From: a virus
Lineage: Duplodnaviria > Caudoviricetes
Strand: one strand, 5' to 3'
Virus record (IMG/VR): IMGVR_UViG_3300020044_001106
Location: 1 to 36,593 of that record
Length of the DNA: 36,593 nt
Below the pieces are notes generated by a model. It was not told the DNA's origin. It saw only the letters and a program-made list of their open reading frames with translations, and did not search any database. A program made the position numbers and the translations under genes. Below, one piece after another: positions 17,695 through 29,300 of this stretch. The first letter of the stretch is position 1. Every line of letters begins with the position of its first letter.

Positions 17695-20673
17695 ATGTCT
17701 TTTGTAGCAGTTGCAGTAGGTGCCGTTGGAGAAGGTATAGCCGCAAACCTTTTGGCGGGTGCCATGATGGGCGCTACCGCGACAGTTGCAGGTAACGTTA
17801 TTGGCGGTCGAGATCCATTTGACAACATAGGTAGGGGCATTGTCATGGGTGGCCTTACGGGTGGCCTTACTCCCGGGGTTGCTGAAGCGTTCCAAGTTGG
17901 GATGCCTGCGGCGGCGGGTATTACTTCGTTTGGTTTAAATACACTGGCTACAGGTGACTTAGGTAAAGGCCTTATGGCCGGTGCAACTGCTTACGGCTTG
18001 TATGGTTTATCTGAAAATATGGTGACGGCAGGGGGTAACGCTTTAGTAGCAGATGCAAATCTTTTAGCCGCCCAACAAGCTGCGGAGCTTTCTGGTCTTG
18101 AGAGCATGTCTAATGCATTTGGTGAAGCGGGGGCTAATGTTGGTGCAGATGCAATTGGCCAAGCTACTACTGGTACTACAGCAAATCCAAATAGCTTTGA
18201 TAAATTATCTAGGGGTTTTGACGCAGCTAAAGCCAACCCCGGTTCTTTCTTTAAAGACAACGCTAAGTACTTAATGTATACCGCTGCTCCTCTTCTTGCG
18301 GATGCAGAAGTTAAGTCTAATATGCCAACAACTACGACTCGCCCCGGTGCAATGCGTAGGTTCTCTTACGACCCGTATGGTCAGCTCTACACGCCTATAG
18401 GTAACTATGAAGTGCCTGTTAAAGCAGCAGGTGGCGGTCTGATGGGTATGAACGACGGCGGTTACAACCCCGGCCAATTAGACTTTATGCAACGTAGTGA
18501 GCCTGTTGTTCGTATGGCTGTTGGTGGTGACGCAGGTGCTGCGGCTGGCGCAACTACTCCTGCTATTACCTCTGTTGAAGATTTGTACACTCAGATCCTT
18601 GGCCGTGAAGGTGAAAAAGCTGGTTTAGATTTCTGGAGACAAGGTTTTGGCGACACGATTGATGCTAATGAAATTGCCAGTTTTCGAAACGCGGCTCAAG
18701 CAGAAATAGCAAAGCGTACACCCGTAGAGCAACAAATTCTTGCACCTAATTTAGTAAATACTACAGGTGCAGCGGCACCGGCACCAGCAACTGTTTCTTC
18801 TTTGTACACAGATATTCTAGGGCGTAGTGGCGAACAAACAGGTGTAGATTACTGGCAAAACCAATTTGGCCCTACCATTGACGCTAATGAGTTAGCACAG
18901 TTTAAAACCGCTGCGCAAGCTGAGATTGATGCTAGGCCAAAAACTGCAGCTACTACGGGCGGGTTAGATACCCTTGCTGCGGCTAACAACATTACAAACG
19001 TTACAACAGGCGCTACTGGCGCGGCAACTTCTCTTGCCGATGCGCAAAGCATGGTAAATAACATGTACCTCAACGTGCTTGGCCGAAATGCTGATCCTGA
19101 AGGTTTAAAGTTTTGGAGCAGTGCAATTGCTTCTGGCCGTTCACCTGAAAGCATTTACCAAGATTTCTTGGCAAGTGCTCGTGCTAACACTGAATTAGTC
19201 CGCGAAGATCAAATTAAAGATAAAACTTTTGCAGACGCTACTAAAGGTTACACAGGTTACACATCTGCCGATACAACCAACATTGTGGACGAGTGGGTAC
19301 GCAACACCCTTGGACGTGAGCCAACCGCCGCTGATAAAGCTCAGCAGTGGTACAAAGATGCGTATACTTCTATGCGCACGCAAGGGCAAGCAAAGGGGTT
19401 GTACGATCAATTCCTTGGCTATGCTAAAACCGAATTACCTAAAGTTATTGCTGACAGAATTAAAGAAATTGATGCCGAGTTAAGAGCCAAAGGTTTAACT
19501 GATGCTGACTTGCTTTTACAGACAGGCAAGACTAAACAACAGTTGGCTTCTGAAGGTATTGACCTTAGCAGGAACTTGATTGGCGCATCTCAGTTATCAC
19601 CCCTTGGCGCTAGAGCAGACCTTAATTTAAAAGCTGCGCTTAAAAACTTAACACCCATTACAAACACAAGCGATGGCAGTGTTGTTGCAAGGACTGTCAC
19701 AAACCCCTACGGCAATGCAACAAACCCCGGCGACATTACGTTTAACCCAGACGGCACAAGAACAATTACACCTAACATTCCTTATCGTCCCTATGGTGGT
19801 TTTCCCGGTATGGCATCAGTTAGGGATGCTTACACGCAAGGTGGCGGCAGGTTGGGTTATATCCCAGACACCCCTAAAACAATAGAAGAGTTTAACGAAA
19901 GGTACAACACTCTGACCGGCGGGTCTGCGCAAGCTATGGATTACCTGACTGGTAAAACTAAATACTCGGCTACTCCTTCTACAGAGACTGGCGAAGTAAT
20001 GAAGCCGTACGCCGAATCAGTTTTGGGTAGACCTTTAGACGTTTCAACTAAACGAGTTTTGTTTGACCCTAAAACTAAAAAATACAAAAATAACCCGGAC
20101 TACATCCCCGTGTCTTACACAGCCGAGGGTAAAAAAGTTTATGGGTTGTCCGGCAAAGACATTGCTTCTCAATTACCCGGTATGGACGCTAAGTCTGACT
20201 CCGAAAAGTGGATGAAAGACAACAACGTTACTTACGCGCAAATTGCTGAAGCACTTGGTATTAGCCTTGCTGAAGCTAAGAAACGTTACCCTGCTAAAGC
20301 CGCCGCTGCAACTGCCGTAGACAATACCTCATACGGAAAAGAAGGTGGTTTGATGGCTATGGCTGGTGGCGGTATGGCTGGTCAGTTTGACCTTGGTGGT
20401 TACTCTGATGGTGGCCGACTGCTTCGTGGCCCCGGTGATGGCGTATCCGATTCCATCCCTGCAACAATTGGTAACAAGCGCCCTGCACGACTCGCCGACG
20501 GCGAATTTGTAGTCCCTGCACGTATTGTGTCTGAGTTGGGTAATGGCTCAACAGAAGCTGGTGCACGTAAGTTATACGCAATGATGGACAGAGTCCAAAG
20601 AGCTCGCCGAGGTACAGTCGGCAAAGGTAGAGTGGCTAAGAACAGCCGCGCCGACAAACATCTTCCCGCATAA
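17695..20673 (+). CDS. Putative internal virion/ejection protein (Gly-zipper N-terminus, DUF4214-like repeats, C-terminal GPGDG.SD.IPA..GEFVV domain)
   Basis: 992 aa; motifs read directly from the translation. Confidence 0.75.
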   Translation: MSFVAVAVGAVGEGIAANLLAGAMMGATATVAGNVIGGRDPFDNIGRGIVMGGLTGGLTPGVAEAFQVGMPAAAGITSFGLNTLATGDLGKGLMAGATAYGLYGLSENMVTAGGNALVADANLLAAQQAAELSGLESMSNAFGEAGANVGADAIGQATTGTTANPNSFDKLSRGFDAAKANPGSFFKDNAKYLMYTAAPLLADAEVKSNMPTTTTRPGAMRRFSYDPYGQLYTPIGNYEVPVKAAGGGLMGMNDGGYNPGQLDFMQRSEPVVRMAVGGDAGAAAGATTPAITSVEDLYTQILGREGEKAGLDFWRQGFGDTIDANEIASFRNAAQAEIAKRTPVEQQILAPNLVNTTGAAAPAPATVSSLYTDILGRSGEQTGVDYWQNQFGPTIDANELAQFKTAAQAEIDARPKTAATTGGLDTLAAANNITNVTTGATGAATSLADAQSMVNNMYLNVLGRNADPEGLKFWSSAIASGRSPESIYQDFLASARANTELVREDQIKDKTFADATKGYTGYTSADTTNIVDEWVRNTLGREPTAADKAQQWYKDAYTSMRTQGQAKGLYDQFLGYAKTELPKVIADRIKEIDAELRAKGLTDADLLLQTGKTKQQLASEGIDLSRNLIGASQLSPLGARADLNLKAALKNLTPITNTSDGSVVARTVTNPYGNATNPGDITFNPDGTRTITPNIPYRPYGGFPGMASVRDAYTQGGGRLGYIPDTPKTIEEFNERYNTLTGGSAQAMDYLTGKTKYSATPSTETGEVMKPYAESVLGRPLDVSTKRVLFDPKTKKYKNNPDYIPVSYTAEGKKVYGLSGKDIASQLPGMDAKSDSEKWMKDNNVTYAQIAEALGISLAEAKKRYPAKAAAATAVDNTSYGKEGGLMAMAGGGMAGQFDLGGYSDGGRLLRGPGDGVSDSIPATIGNKRPARLADGEFVVPARIVSELGNGSTEAGARKLYAMMDRVQRARRGTVGKGRVAKNSRADKHLPA

Positions 20674-20684
20674 GGAGCCAATAA

Positions 20685-21752
20685 ATGGCAACTCAACCAA
20701 CCCAAGTACAGCAAACGCAATACGGCTTTGCACCAGAAATAGCGGAATACGCCCAGACCATGCTTGGTCAGGCTGCGGCTTTGACCGATACGGAGATGAA
20801 TCCGTTCATGCAGTATCAGGGCGAACGTGTTGCTCAGTTCTCTCCATTGCAAAATCAGTCGTATCAAAATGCGGCCTTGATGCAGTCTCAACCCCAGTTG
20901 CAAGACGCAACTGCTCTAACGGGTATGGCGGGTCTTGGCGCTCTTAACACACAGTACACGTTTAACCCAGCGGACTTTAGCAAAGCATTTAGCAGTGCTA
21001 CTACTAGAGACGCACAAGGTAATGTGACTGGCAACACCATGATGAACCCCTACATGCAGAATGTAGTGGAACGCCAGCAAGCGGATGCTCAACGTCAAGC
21101 CGAAATTGCCCGTCAAACTCAAAATGCGCAAGCAGCGCGTTCTGGGGCTTTTGGTGGGAGTGGTAATCTTATTGCTAACAACCAGCTTAATGCCGCGTTA
21201 ATGCGTCAAAAGGGTGATATTCAAGCAACCGGTTTGAACAACGCTTACAACCAAGCGATGCAACAGTACAACACCCAAAACCAACTTAACGCACAACAGC
21301 AACAGTTTGGCGCTGGTCTTGGACTTCAAGGTTTGCAAGCGGCTAACCAGTCTGCCCAAAACTTAGGCACTTTAGGTAATTTGCAGTACCAGCAAAACAT
21401 GGGTATCAACCAACTGCAAAACCAGTACGGCTTGCAGCAACAGGGGCAGATACAAAAAGATATTGATACTAAGTACCAAGACTTCCTCAATTATCAGAAC
21501 TACCCATACAAACAAATCGGCTTTATGTCCGACATTATTCGTGGCGCACCTTTAACTCAGACAGGCTCTTCTGTGTATCAGGCTCCCCCCTCAACTGCGC
21601 AAAATATTACATCGTTAGGTCTTGGCGCGGCTGGTATTAGTAAGCTAATTGGTTCCGCAGAAGGTGGTTTGACTCGAAGTATGGCTAACGGTGGCGTGGC
21701 TATGTCTAACGGCGGCGGTCTCGGCGCACTTGCTTTGAACAACTTGGTCTAA
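20685..21752 (+). CDS. Putative ejection / DNA transfer protein, Gln/Asn/Gly-rich
   Basis: AAGGAG RBS; MNPYMQNVV...GAFGGS motif; Gly-rich hydrophobic C-terminus. Confidence 0.75.
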   Translation: MATQPTQVQQTQYGFAPEIAEYAQTMLGQAAALTDTEMNPFMQYQGERVAQFSPLQNQSYQNAALMQSQPQLQDATALTGMAGLGALNTQYTFNPADFSKAFSSATTRDAQGNVTGNTMMNPYMQNVVERQQADAQRQAEIARQTQNAQAARSGAFGGSGNLIANNQLNAALMRQKGDIQATGLNNAYNQAMQQYNTQNQLNAQQQQFGAGLGLQGLQAANQSAQNLGTLGNLQYQQNMGINQLQNQYGLQQQGQIQKDIDTKYQDFLNYQNYPYKQIGFMSDIIRGAPLTQTGSSVYQAPPSTAQNITSLGLGAAGISKLIGSAEGGLTRSMANGGVAMSNGGGLGALALNNLV

Positions 21753-21761
21753 GGAAATATC

Positions 21762-23330
21762 ATGGCAATTGATATGGCATCTGTTTATGCCGCACGGTAT
21801 AGAAAACAACCCGATATGCTCCGTGCTGCGGTAATGGGTCAAAGCCCTGACCCCAAGTTAGACTCTTACACAGCATTGAACGCACTGCGTTTGGTTAAAG
21901 AAGCCGACATGATGGACATGGCGGGTAAGGCACAGCAACCTACTTCGGCTCCTTCTTTGGTTGCCCAGAACATGGCTCCTCCCCCTATGATGCAAGGTCT
22001 AGGCGCAATGGTGCCCGGCACAATGGGTCAAGCCCCTCAAGGTATGCCTCCGCAACAACGTGCCCCAATGCCACAACCTACTATGCAAGCAGCCTCTGGT
22101 GGTTTAGCTGGCATGTACACACCCGAAGAAGACTTTGCCGAAGGCGGTATTGTTGCGTTCCAATCAGGCGGCCCCGCTTATACGGCTAATTCCGCAGGGG
22201 CTGTCGCTTATCCAAGTAGTTCTGGCGACGCAGTTACGGATGATCCTTTGGCTAGGTTATTAGCCGAAGCTGGAGTTAATGAACCCGCTGTTGTAGATGA
22301 TGGATCTCAGGGTAACCCGGCTATGCGGGAAGAGGCTTTTCAAAACTATTTAGAATCTCGTAAAGAAATTCAAGGCCTTAAAGACGACGATTTTACGCCT
22401 GACGAAGCTAAAAGATATAGACAAGAATATTATGACTTTTCCCGAGCAAATGCGGGGCCAGATATTTACGCGCCAGCTAATAGACGACTTACAGAACGAG
22501 AAGGTGCGCGTAGTAAAAGCAGGAGTCAAGGGGAAGGTCTGGCTTTACTAGCTGCGGCTGGCGCTATCCTTGAAGGCAATACTTTGGCTCGTGGCGCATC
22601 AAAAGCGTTCCCTGTATTTGCGAAAGAAATGGGTGAAGTACAACGTGCCGACATAAATGAGCAACGTTCTATTGAGCAAATGCAATTTGCTCTGGCCGAC
22701 GCACAACGTAAAGAACGCATGGGTGATATTCGAGGTGCGCAAGCTGCTATGGAGACTGCGCGTAAAGCTAAGTCTGATGCCAATAGATTCAAGCTTAATA
22801 AAGCCGTTGCTATGGGTACTTTGGACTCTAAAGCACTGCAATCCTTACGCCCTACTGGTAAAGCCGCTGGTTCTGGTGACGCAAGTACTAAGCTTCCACA
22901 AGTTGATCGTCAGACAGCCGTTATGCAAGACCAAGTAATTGAGATGAAGGCTAAGGATCCTAACAACCCACAGATTAAAATCCTAGAAGATAAAATTGCG
23001 GGTCGTTTAAAAATTCTTACCGCAGGCAAAGAAGGCCCAACTGTGGGTACTAGAGCAGCGGCGGCGCTTACAGCAAAACAAAACGCTATTGTGGTTACTA
23101 AACTGGCTGCATGGGATGAATCTTCTGAGGCATACAAAGCTCGGAAAGATGGTACTTATGCCGACAAGAAAGCATCTAAAGAAGCTGATCTTCGTAGACA
23201 AGCTATGGAAGGCGTGTTTGGCACTGGCGACGAAAATGATGAAACTCCTAGTGCAGCACCCGCAGCCGCCCCTACCGCTAAGCCAAAGACTGTATTAAAA
23301 TTTGACCAGTCGGGTAAGCAAATTAAATAA
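21762..23330 (+). CDS. Putative ejection protein, helical with Pro/Met/Gln-rich N-terminal part
   Basis: 522 aa; AASGG, FAEGG and FQSGG motifs; position among ejection genes. Confidence 0.7.
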   Translation: MAIDMASVYAARYRKQPDMLRAAVMGQSPDPKLDSYTALNALRLVKEADMMDMAGKAQQPTSAPSLVAQNMAPPPMMQGLGAMVPGTMGQAPQGMPPQQRAPMPQPTMQAASGGLAGMYTPEEDFAEGGIVAFQSGGPAYTANSAGAVAYPSSSGDAVTDDPLARLLAEAGVNEPAVVDDGSQGNPAMREEAFQNYLESRKEIQGLKDDDFTPDEAKRYRQEYYDFSRANAGPDIYAPANRRLTEREGARSKSRSQGEGLALLAAAGAILEGNTLARGASKAFPVFAKEMGEVQRADINEQRSIEQMQFALADAQRKERMGDIRGAQAAMETARKAKSDANRFKLNKAVAMGTLDSKALQSLRPTGKAAGSGDASTKLPQVDRQTAVMQDQVIEMKAKDPNNPQIKILEDKIAGRLKILTAGKEGPTVGTRAAAALTAKQNAIVVTKLAAWDESSEAYKARKDGTYADKKASKEADLRRQAMEGVFGTGDENDETPSAAPAAAPTAKPKTVLKFDQSGKQIK

Positions 23331-23339
23331 AGGGTTCCT

Positions 23340-26300
23340 ATGGCAATCGAGGCACAACTCGCGGATGGGCGTATTCTTGAGTTCCCCGATGGCACAGATC
23401 CAGCGGTAATTCAGTCCACCGTTAAACGTCTAATTGCGGAAAGCCAACCTGCGCCAAAAACTACGCCCAAACCTACGCAAGCTGCGGAGCCTGTTGGATA
23501 CGACTTTGGCGCTGCAATGGCGGCGGATATTGCCCCTGCTGAAACATCAGAGAAGAAAATTTACACGGGCAGTGTGTTTGATACGCAACCGTTTGAGCCT
23601 AAGTTTGACCCCGCAGAAGCCGATCGGTTATCCCGCCGTGCGTATGCAGAAGCTACTACAAAACCGCCGAGACGTACCCAATACGTACAGGCTACACCAA
23701 AAGAACAGCTTGAAAGAACCGCTGGACAAGCTGCGCTAGATACAACAATCGGTGTGCTGCAAGGTGCTGTAGGTATACCTAAAAGTATTGCTTCAAATAT
23801 TAACGCTGGTGACAACCCCGTTGCTAGGTTTTATGAGTCTGCTAGTCAAGCAGGTCAACGGGCTAAGTCTCCCTATTTGCAAAGCCAAGCCGCCGAGCGC
23901 GAAGCATTTATTAAAAACGTAACAGCTAATCAAGGTGAGCTGGCTGGGACACGGGCTGCATTTACCAGTATGTTTAGCCCTGCCGGTGCGGATATAGTTG
24001 CTCAAGGCGCTGGCTCTATGATCCCAACTGTGGGTTTGAGCTTATTAAGTCTCGGGCAAAAGTCCATGGCGGCAATGAATGCTTTATCTGTTGCTGGTGA
24101 AGCTGCTCAAAATACCGCACAAAAGCTCAGTCAGATGAGTCCAGAAAACTGGAGTAACAGTAGCGCGTACCAAGAGCTACGCAGTTCTGGTATGTCTCAT
24201 CGAGATGCAGTTAACATGCTGGCCCCACTGTATGCAATACCTAACCAGCTCCTCGGCGGCGTTATTGGTAAAGTATCAGGCTCAACAGGTCTTGAGAAAA
24301 CCCTTGCTGGTAAATCCATTACAGGTGGGGCAAGAGAAAGAGCCGCACGTGCTGGTGCTGAACTGCTCGGCGAACAAGCTGAGACCCTAGTTCCATCTTT
24401 TGCGGCTAACGTTACACAACGTATCTTTGATGATAAGCAATCTCTTGTTGAGGGGCTTGGAAAAGAAGCAGTTGAGACAGCGTTTGGTACTACGCCGGGT
24501 GCAGCTTTGGCCGCTTCTGGTCGTGCGGGTAAGCCAAGTCCAAGGGATACGCAAGTTGCGGTTAGCCCACCAGTAGTTGAGCCTACGGTTACAGCACCCG
24601 TACAGGAACGAGTTGAACCCACATTTGATGCGGCTGAGTTTGATAGAACTGCGCCTCCACCACCCATAACACCCACTGCACCTGCCCCAGTAGCGGAAGC
24701 AGTTGCACCTACTGAACAAGTTAAAGCTATTGCCGAGCGTTTACAGAAACGTGGCATCTCACGTAAAGCCGCCTTAGCTATGGCAGAAAGGGAAGTTAGC
24801 GCAAATGAGCCTACGCCGGACGAAACAGGAGGAACAGCAAATGTTGCTGAACCTATCAGTACCCCAAGTGGAACAAGCCCTGATTTGGTTGAACAGCCCA
24901 GTACAGAACTCCCCTCCGGAGGAGTTGCTGGAGTTGACACAAGTGGAATGGTTCCTACTGGACAGGCTGCTGCAGGAGTTACTGCTGGAGAAGGAACACA
25001 GCCGACTGCATTAACGGCGGAAGAAGAGCTAGACAAGAAAAGCCGGGAAGAAACAAGTAGTCTTCCTTTTGATGAACTACGCGCCAAAACAAAAGAAGGC
25101 GTTAGTGCCCCGGGTACTGTGTACACAGCCACTTACAATGATATTGATACAGACTTAGAAGGCAATAGAATAACCACGCCAAATAGCGCAGACTATAAAG
25201 TAGTTCGTATGGATGGTGGTTGGACAGTTGTTTCTGATGCAGATGGTAGTAAACCCGTTCTACTTCCACCTTCTAGGGCGGCTGCAAATACTGATGAGCA
25301 GTTGGTAGAGCAGCGGAACAACCAGTCATCGCTTGTAAGCAACACAATAGTTAAACCCACCGAAACTAAAGGAGCCGACGTTGGCACTGAAACCACTGAA
25401 ACCATCGAAACAACGCAAGAAGGACAAGAAGCACCACCAGCCGGAGCAGTAGCCGGTAAGCGTGGGCCAAAACCTAAACCCGCTGAAGTCAAAGCGCAGA
25501 TAAGGGTAAGCCGTAATGAGCAAAACCGGATTAACAACAAAGCCGAAGACAAACGGAAAAAGTTCGTTGCCCAACTTCAGCAGACGTTAACCCCCGAGCA
25601 GATTGAAGAACTTAGCTTTGAAGAAGCCGAGCAAGCTGAGATTGACGCACGCCAGTCTCGGCGCAGTGCGCTTCGTGGTTTGGTTGAACTACAGGATAAC
25701 CCTAACATTGCCCGTGGCAGCGCGGTGGGTAAACGCATTAGCGCAGCTCTTAAAGACTCTAAGGCTACGGAAGCAGAACTAGCAGATATTCGCCGGGGCA
25801 TCAAAGCAGCCAAAGATGTTCTTACCGGCCCCAAAGAAGATGTACTAGGCGCAGTTGCAGCCCCGGGTATATCAGGTAAAACAGAATCTAAATCTAGCAA
25901 GTCAGCGGACGTTAAAGTAGACAAGCCCGATGCAGGGTTCAGCAAGCTGACTACCGGCTCACAGGCAATTACGCACATTGTTAAGAACGGTAGTTTGTTC
26001 CAGCGGTTTGTAGCTGAGCGCATCCGTAACTTTATGGTCGGCGTTAAGTTTGTGGTTGTTGAAGAGGGTGACGCAACGCCAGCCAATATTCTTGCCAAGA
26101 TGGAAGGCGCTCGCGGGCTGTTTGTTTATACGCCGGGCCAGAAAGACCGCACCATATACGTGCGTGGTAGTAGCTTCGGAGACCTACAAGGCATCAACAA
26201 CATAACAGTGCTACACGAATTGCTGCACGCAGCAACGGCTAGTCGTATTCAAGCAGGTCTAATAAAGGGATTTAAAAACGCCAGCTTGCAGAAGTTTATG

Positions 26301-29300
26301 CGCGAGATGAGCGGCGTAATGAAGAGCGCAGAAGATGCGTACCGTTCGGGTATACGTAGTGGCTCTGTATCTAGCGACCTTCAAGATTTAATTGAGGCCG
26401 ACGCAGATAATGTAGAGTTTGACGATAGGGGTCGTCCTAAGTTTCAAATATTTAACGATCACAACGAGTTCTTAGCTTACGGCATGTCTAGCCCTGAGTT
26501 CCAGAAGTTCTTAATGGGCGTACAGGGCGTACGTAAAGAGACAAGCATATTCGCTAAGTTCACTAATAGCATCCGTGATTTGTTTGGTATTAAGCAGGGT
26601 GAAGCTACTGCGTTCTCTGATTTGATCGACATCACTGACAAGATGCTTAATAAAAGGTTAACAGCGGTTGAAATGGGGAGAACCTTTCTCCAGCAAAAAG
26701 GCCCACTTACCGAAGAACAGAAAGCGCAAAGAGAAAAAGAAAAGGCCGTCACACGTGCGCTTCAGGCCGTTGATCGAAGCTTTGAAGCTGAAAAAATCTC
26801 AGAAGAGACTGAAGTTTTGCAACGCTTACGTAGCCTTGATGTAGCCCCAGTGTTAAAAGAAGCTGCAAAAGGAATGAGTTCCCTGCAAAAGAAAGCTATC
26901 TCAAAGGCGCTTTCAACTCCGCTAGTTGCTGAAATTGGTGGTGTCAATGTACCTGAGCTTATAAATACTAACCGCCTGCTAGAAGATATGGAAGCCTCAA
27001 AGATGGAGATGCTTCGGGCTGGCGCTAAGTTAGTTGACGACATAAAACGCCTACTGCCTACACAAGAAAGCCGTGAAAAAGTTTCTCGCGCTGCGCTTGT
27101 ATTTACTGCGTCTAGGGTTGACCCACGAGTAGACAAGTCTGTAGTTAGACTTAACAAAATTTACGATGACCTGACTGCCGACGAGAAAAAAGCACTTGAT
27201 GAAATTGCTGGCTACTACGGCGACATAATGGACAACTATGACTATCTCTTAGGCGAGAACGTCAAAGCACTGAGACCCGGGGAAGCCGCTAAGTTAACTG
27301 CCGCACTACGTGAAGCGCTCGGTAAAGAAAATCGTATTCCATTCTATGTGCCATTGGCTCGTGACCAGAATGGTGAGTTCTACTTGCGTGTCGGTACTAC
27401 TGAATTTCACATACGTAAAACTGAAGCAGAACGTGATCGTTTAGCTGAATCGATTGCTGAAGAGCGTAACACTACTGTAGAACAACTACTCCAAGACAAA
27501 GAAATTGAAGTTGGCAACGATATAGAAGTGCTGCGTAAAAAAGTGCTCGACTCAAGCGATGCACTGCGTAGGTTATTCATAATGATTGAAGACGCTGACT
27601 TCACAGCCGAAGAGCAGGGTGCGTCTTTACAGAAAGCCAAAGATGGCATGAAGGACTCTGTGTTTCAGCTATGGTTGCACATGCAGCCAGAGAGTAGTTC
27701 ACGAAAACAGTTTATTCACCGTAACAAATACCCACCTGCCGGTTTTCGCACAGACGTAATTCAAAACTTAGCAGAGTCAGTACTTAAGTTTTCTAATAAC
27801 ATGGCAAGACTAGAGTACGCCCCACAACTGCGCCGATCTATTTCACAGGCACAAGCTTCTATTGAGAACAGACCTGCGTATGCGCCATACGTATCTGAGA
27901 TGGCTCTACGGGTAAACGATACCTTGGCTCCTGATAATCAAAGTATAGCAATGGGTGTTGCACGGTTTGGCAACTCGTTTACTTTTGGCTATTACATGAG
28001 CGAGTCTACTGCACTGTTGCAGTTGCTCAGCGTGTATCAAGTCGGCACAGCTCAGTTAGCTAAGCAATATCCAATGACTGCGGTTGCCAAAGAAATGGCA
28101 AAGATGAGTCAGATATGGAACACCATAGGGGTAAAGAACGAATACGGTGAGTGGGTTATGCCCACGATTGAGCAAGCTTTAAACCTTGAATCCCGCCCAA
28201 CCGACTCGGCTAAAGTACGTCTCGATAAAGAACAAGACCGTGCGTTTATTGACGCAATGCACGAGCGCAATGTTTCTGAGTCTACTGGCGCTAGAGATTT
28301 GCAGGGCTACAAAGACTTACCGACTGAGAAATACGGCAGTAAGTACGAACGAGCTAAACGCGTTGGTCGGTTTGTGGTAGGTGGTTTAATCCACGCAACT
28401 GAACGCCTGTCTCGTGAATTTATGTTCATGTCCAGCGCTCACTTGATTCGTGATAAAGCCGTTGCTGAATTTCGCAAAACCGCAGAGTACAAGAACGCAC
28501 CGGACAAGATAGCCGCAGAGCGTGCGTTTGGTGAAGCTAACCTAGACTCATGGGCAGACAAAGCTGCCAAAGATACAAACGCCGCTTTGTTTAACTATAG
28601 CGAGTCGGCTAAGCCACGTTACATGCGTGGTGCAGTAGGTAGGGTTGCTCTGCAGTTCTTCACGTACCAGCTAAACGTAGGCTCTTTCATTGCTCGTAAC
28701 TTTATTGGCATGATTAAACCTTTGCCCGGTGATACACGTGTTGAGTGCATGCGGGCCTTCTCTACGCTTATGGCTACTACCTTCTCCCTAGGCGGTACAT
28801 CTGCATTGTTTGGCGGCCCGATTGTCATTGGTTTTATATCGCTTATCATGAAGATGTTTAAAGAAGAAGATGAGCCTGATGAATTAAAAGACATTGATTT
28901 ATATGAGCGGTTCAAAATCTTTTTGCACGAGCAGCTTGGCGATGTAACCATAGGCGGTAAGTCCCTTGCAAAAATTGTCGACCAAGGCCCACTAAATGCG
29001 TTTACTGGTTTGGATGTGTCATCGCGTATAAGCGTAAGTAACATTTTGACGCCGCCAGAAGTTAGGGCAGCTAGGACTTCACGCGAAGGTGTATTAAATT
29101 ACGCGCAGCTATACGGCGGTGCAAACCTCCAAGCAGTCTTGTCACTTGCCGACGGGGTAGATTTGCTTATTAAAGGTGAGCATTATCGTGGGTTTGAAAA
29201 GCTTATGCCTTGGGCGGCTGCGCGCAATAAGATGGTTGCTGTGCGCCAAAAAATGGAAGGCGAGAAGAGTCTTAAACTTGGCGATGATGTTGTAGAGGCC

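Noticed and set aside
24197-25132. 311-aa minus-strand ORF
   Set aside because: Antisense shadow of the Ala/Pro/Thr-rich part of the 2127-aa gene; low complexity, no RBS or motif
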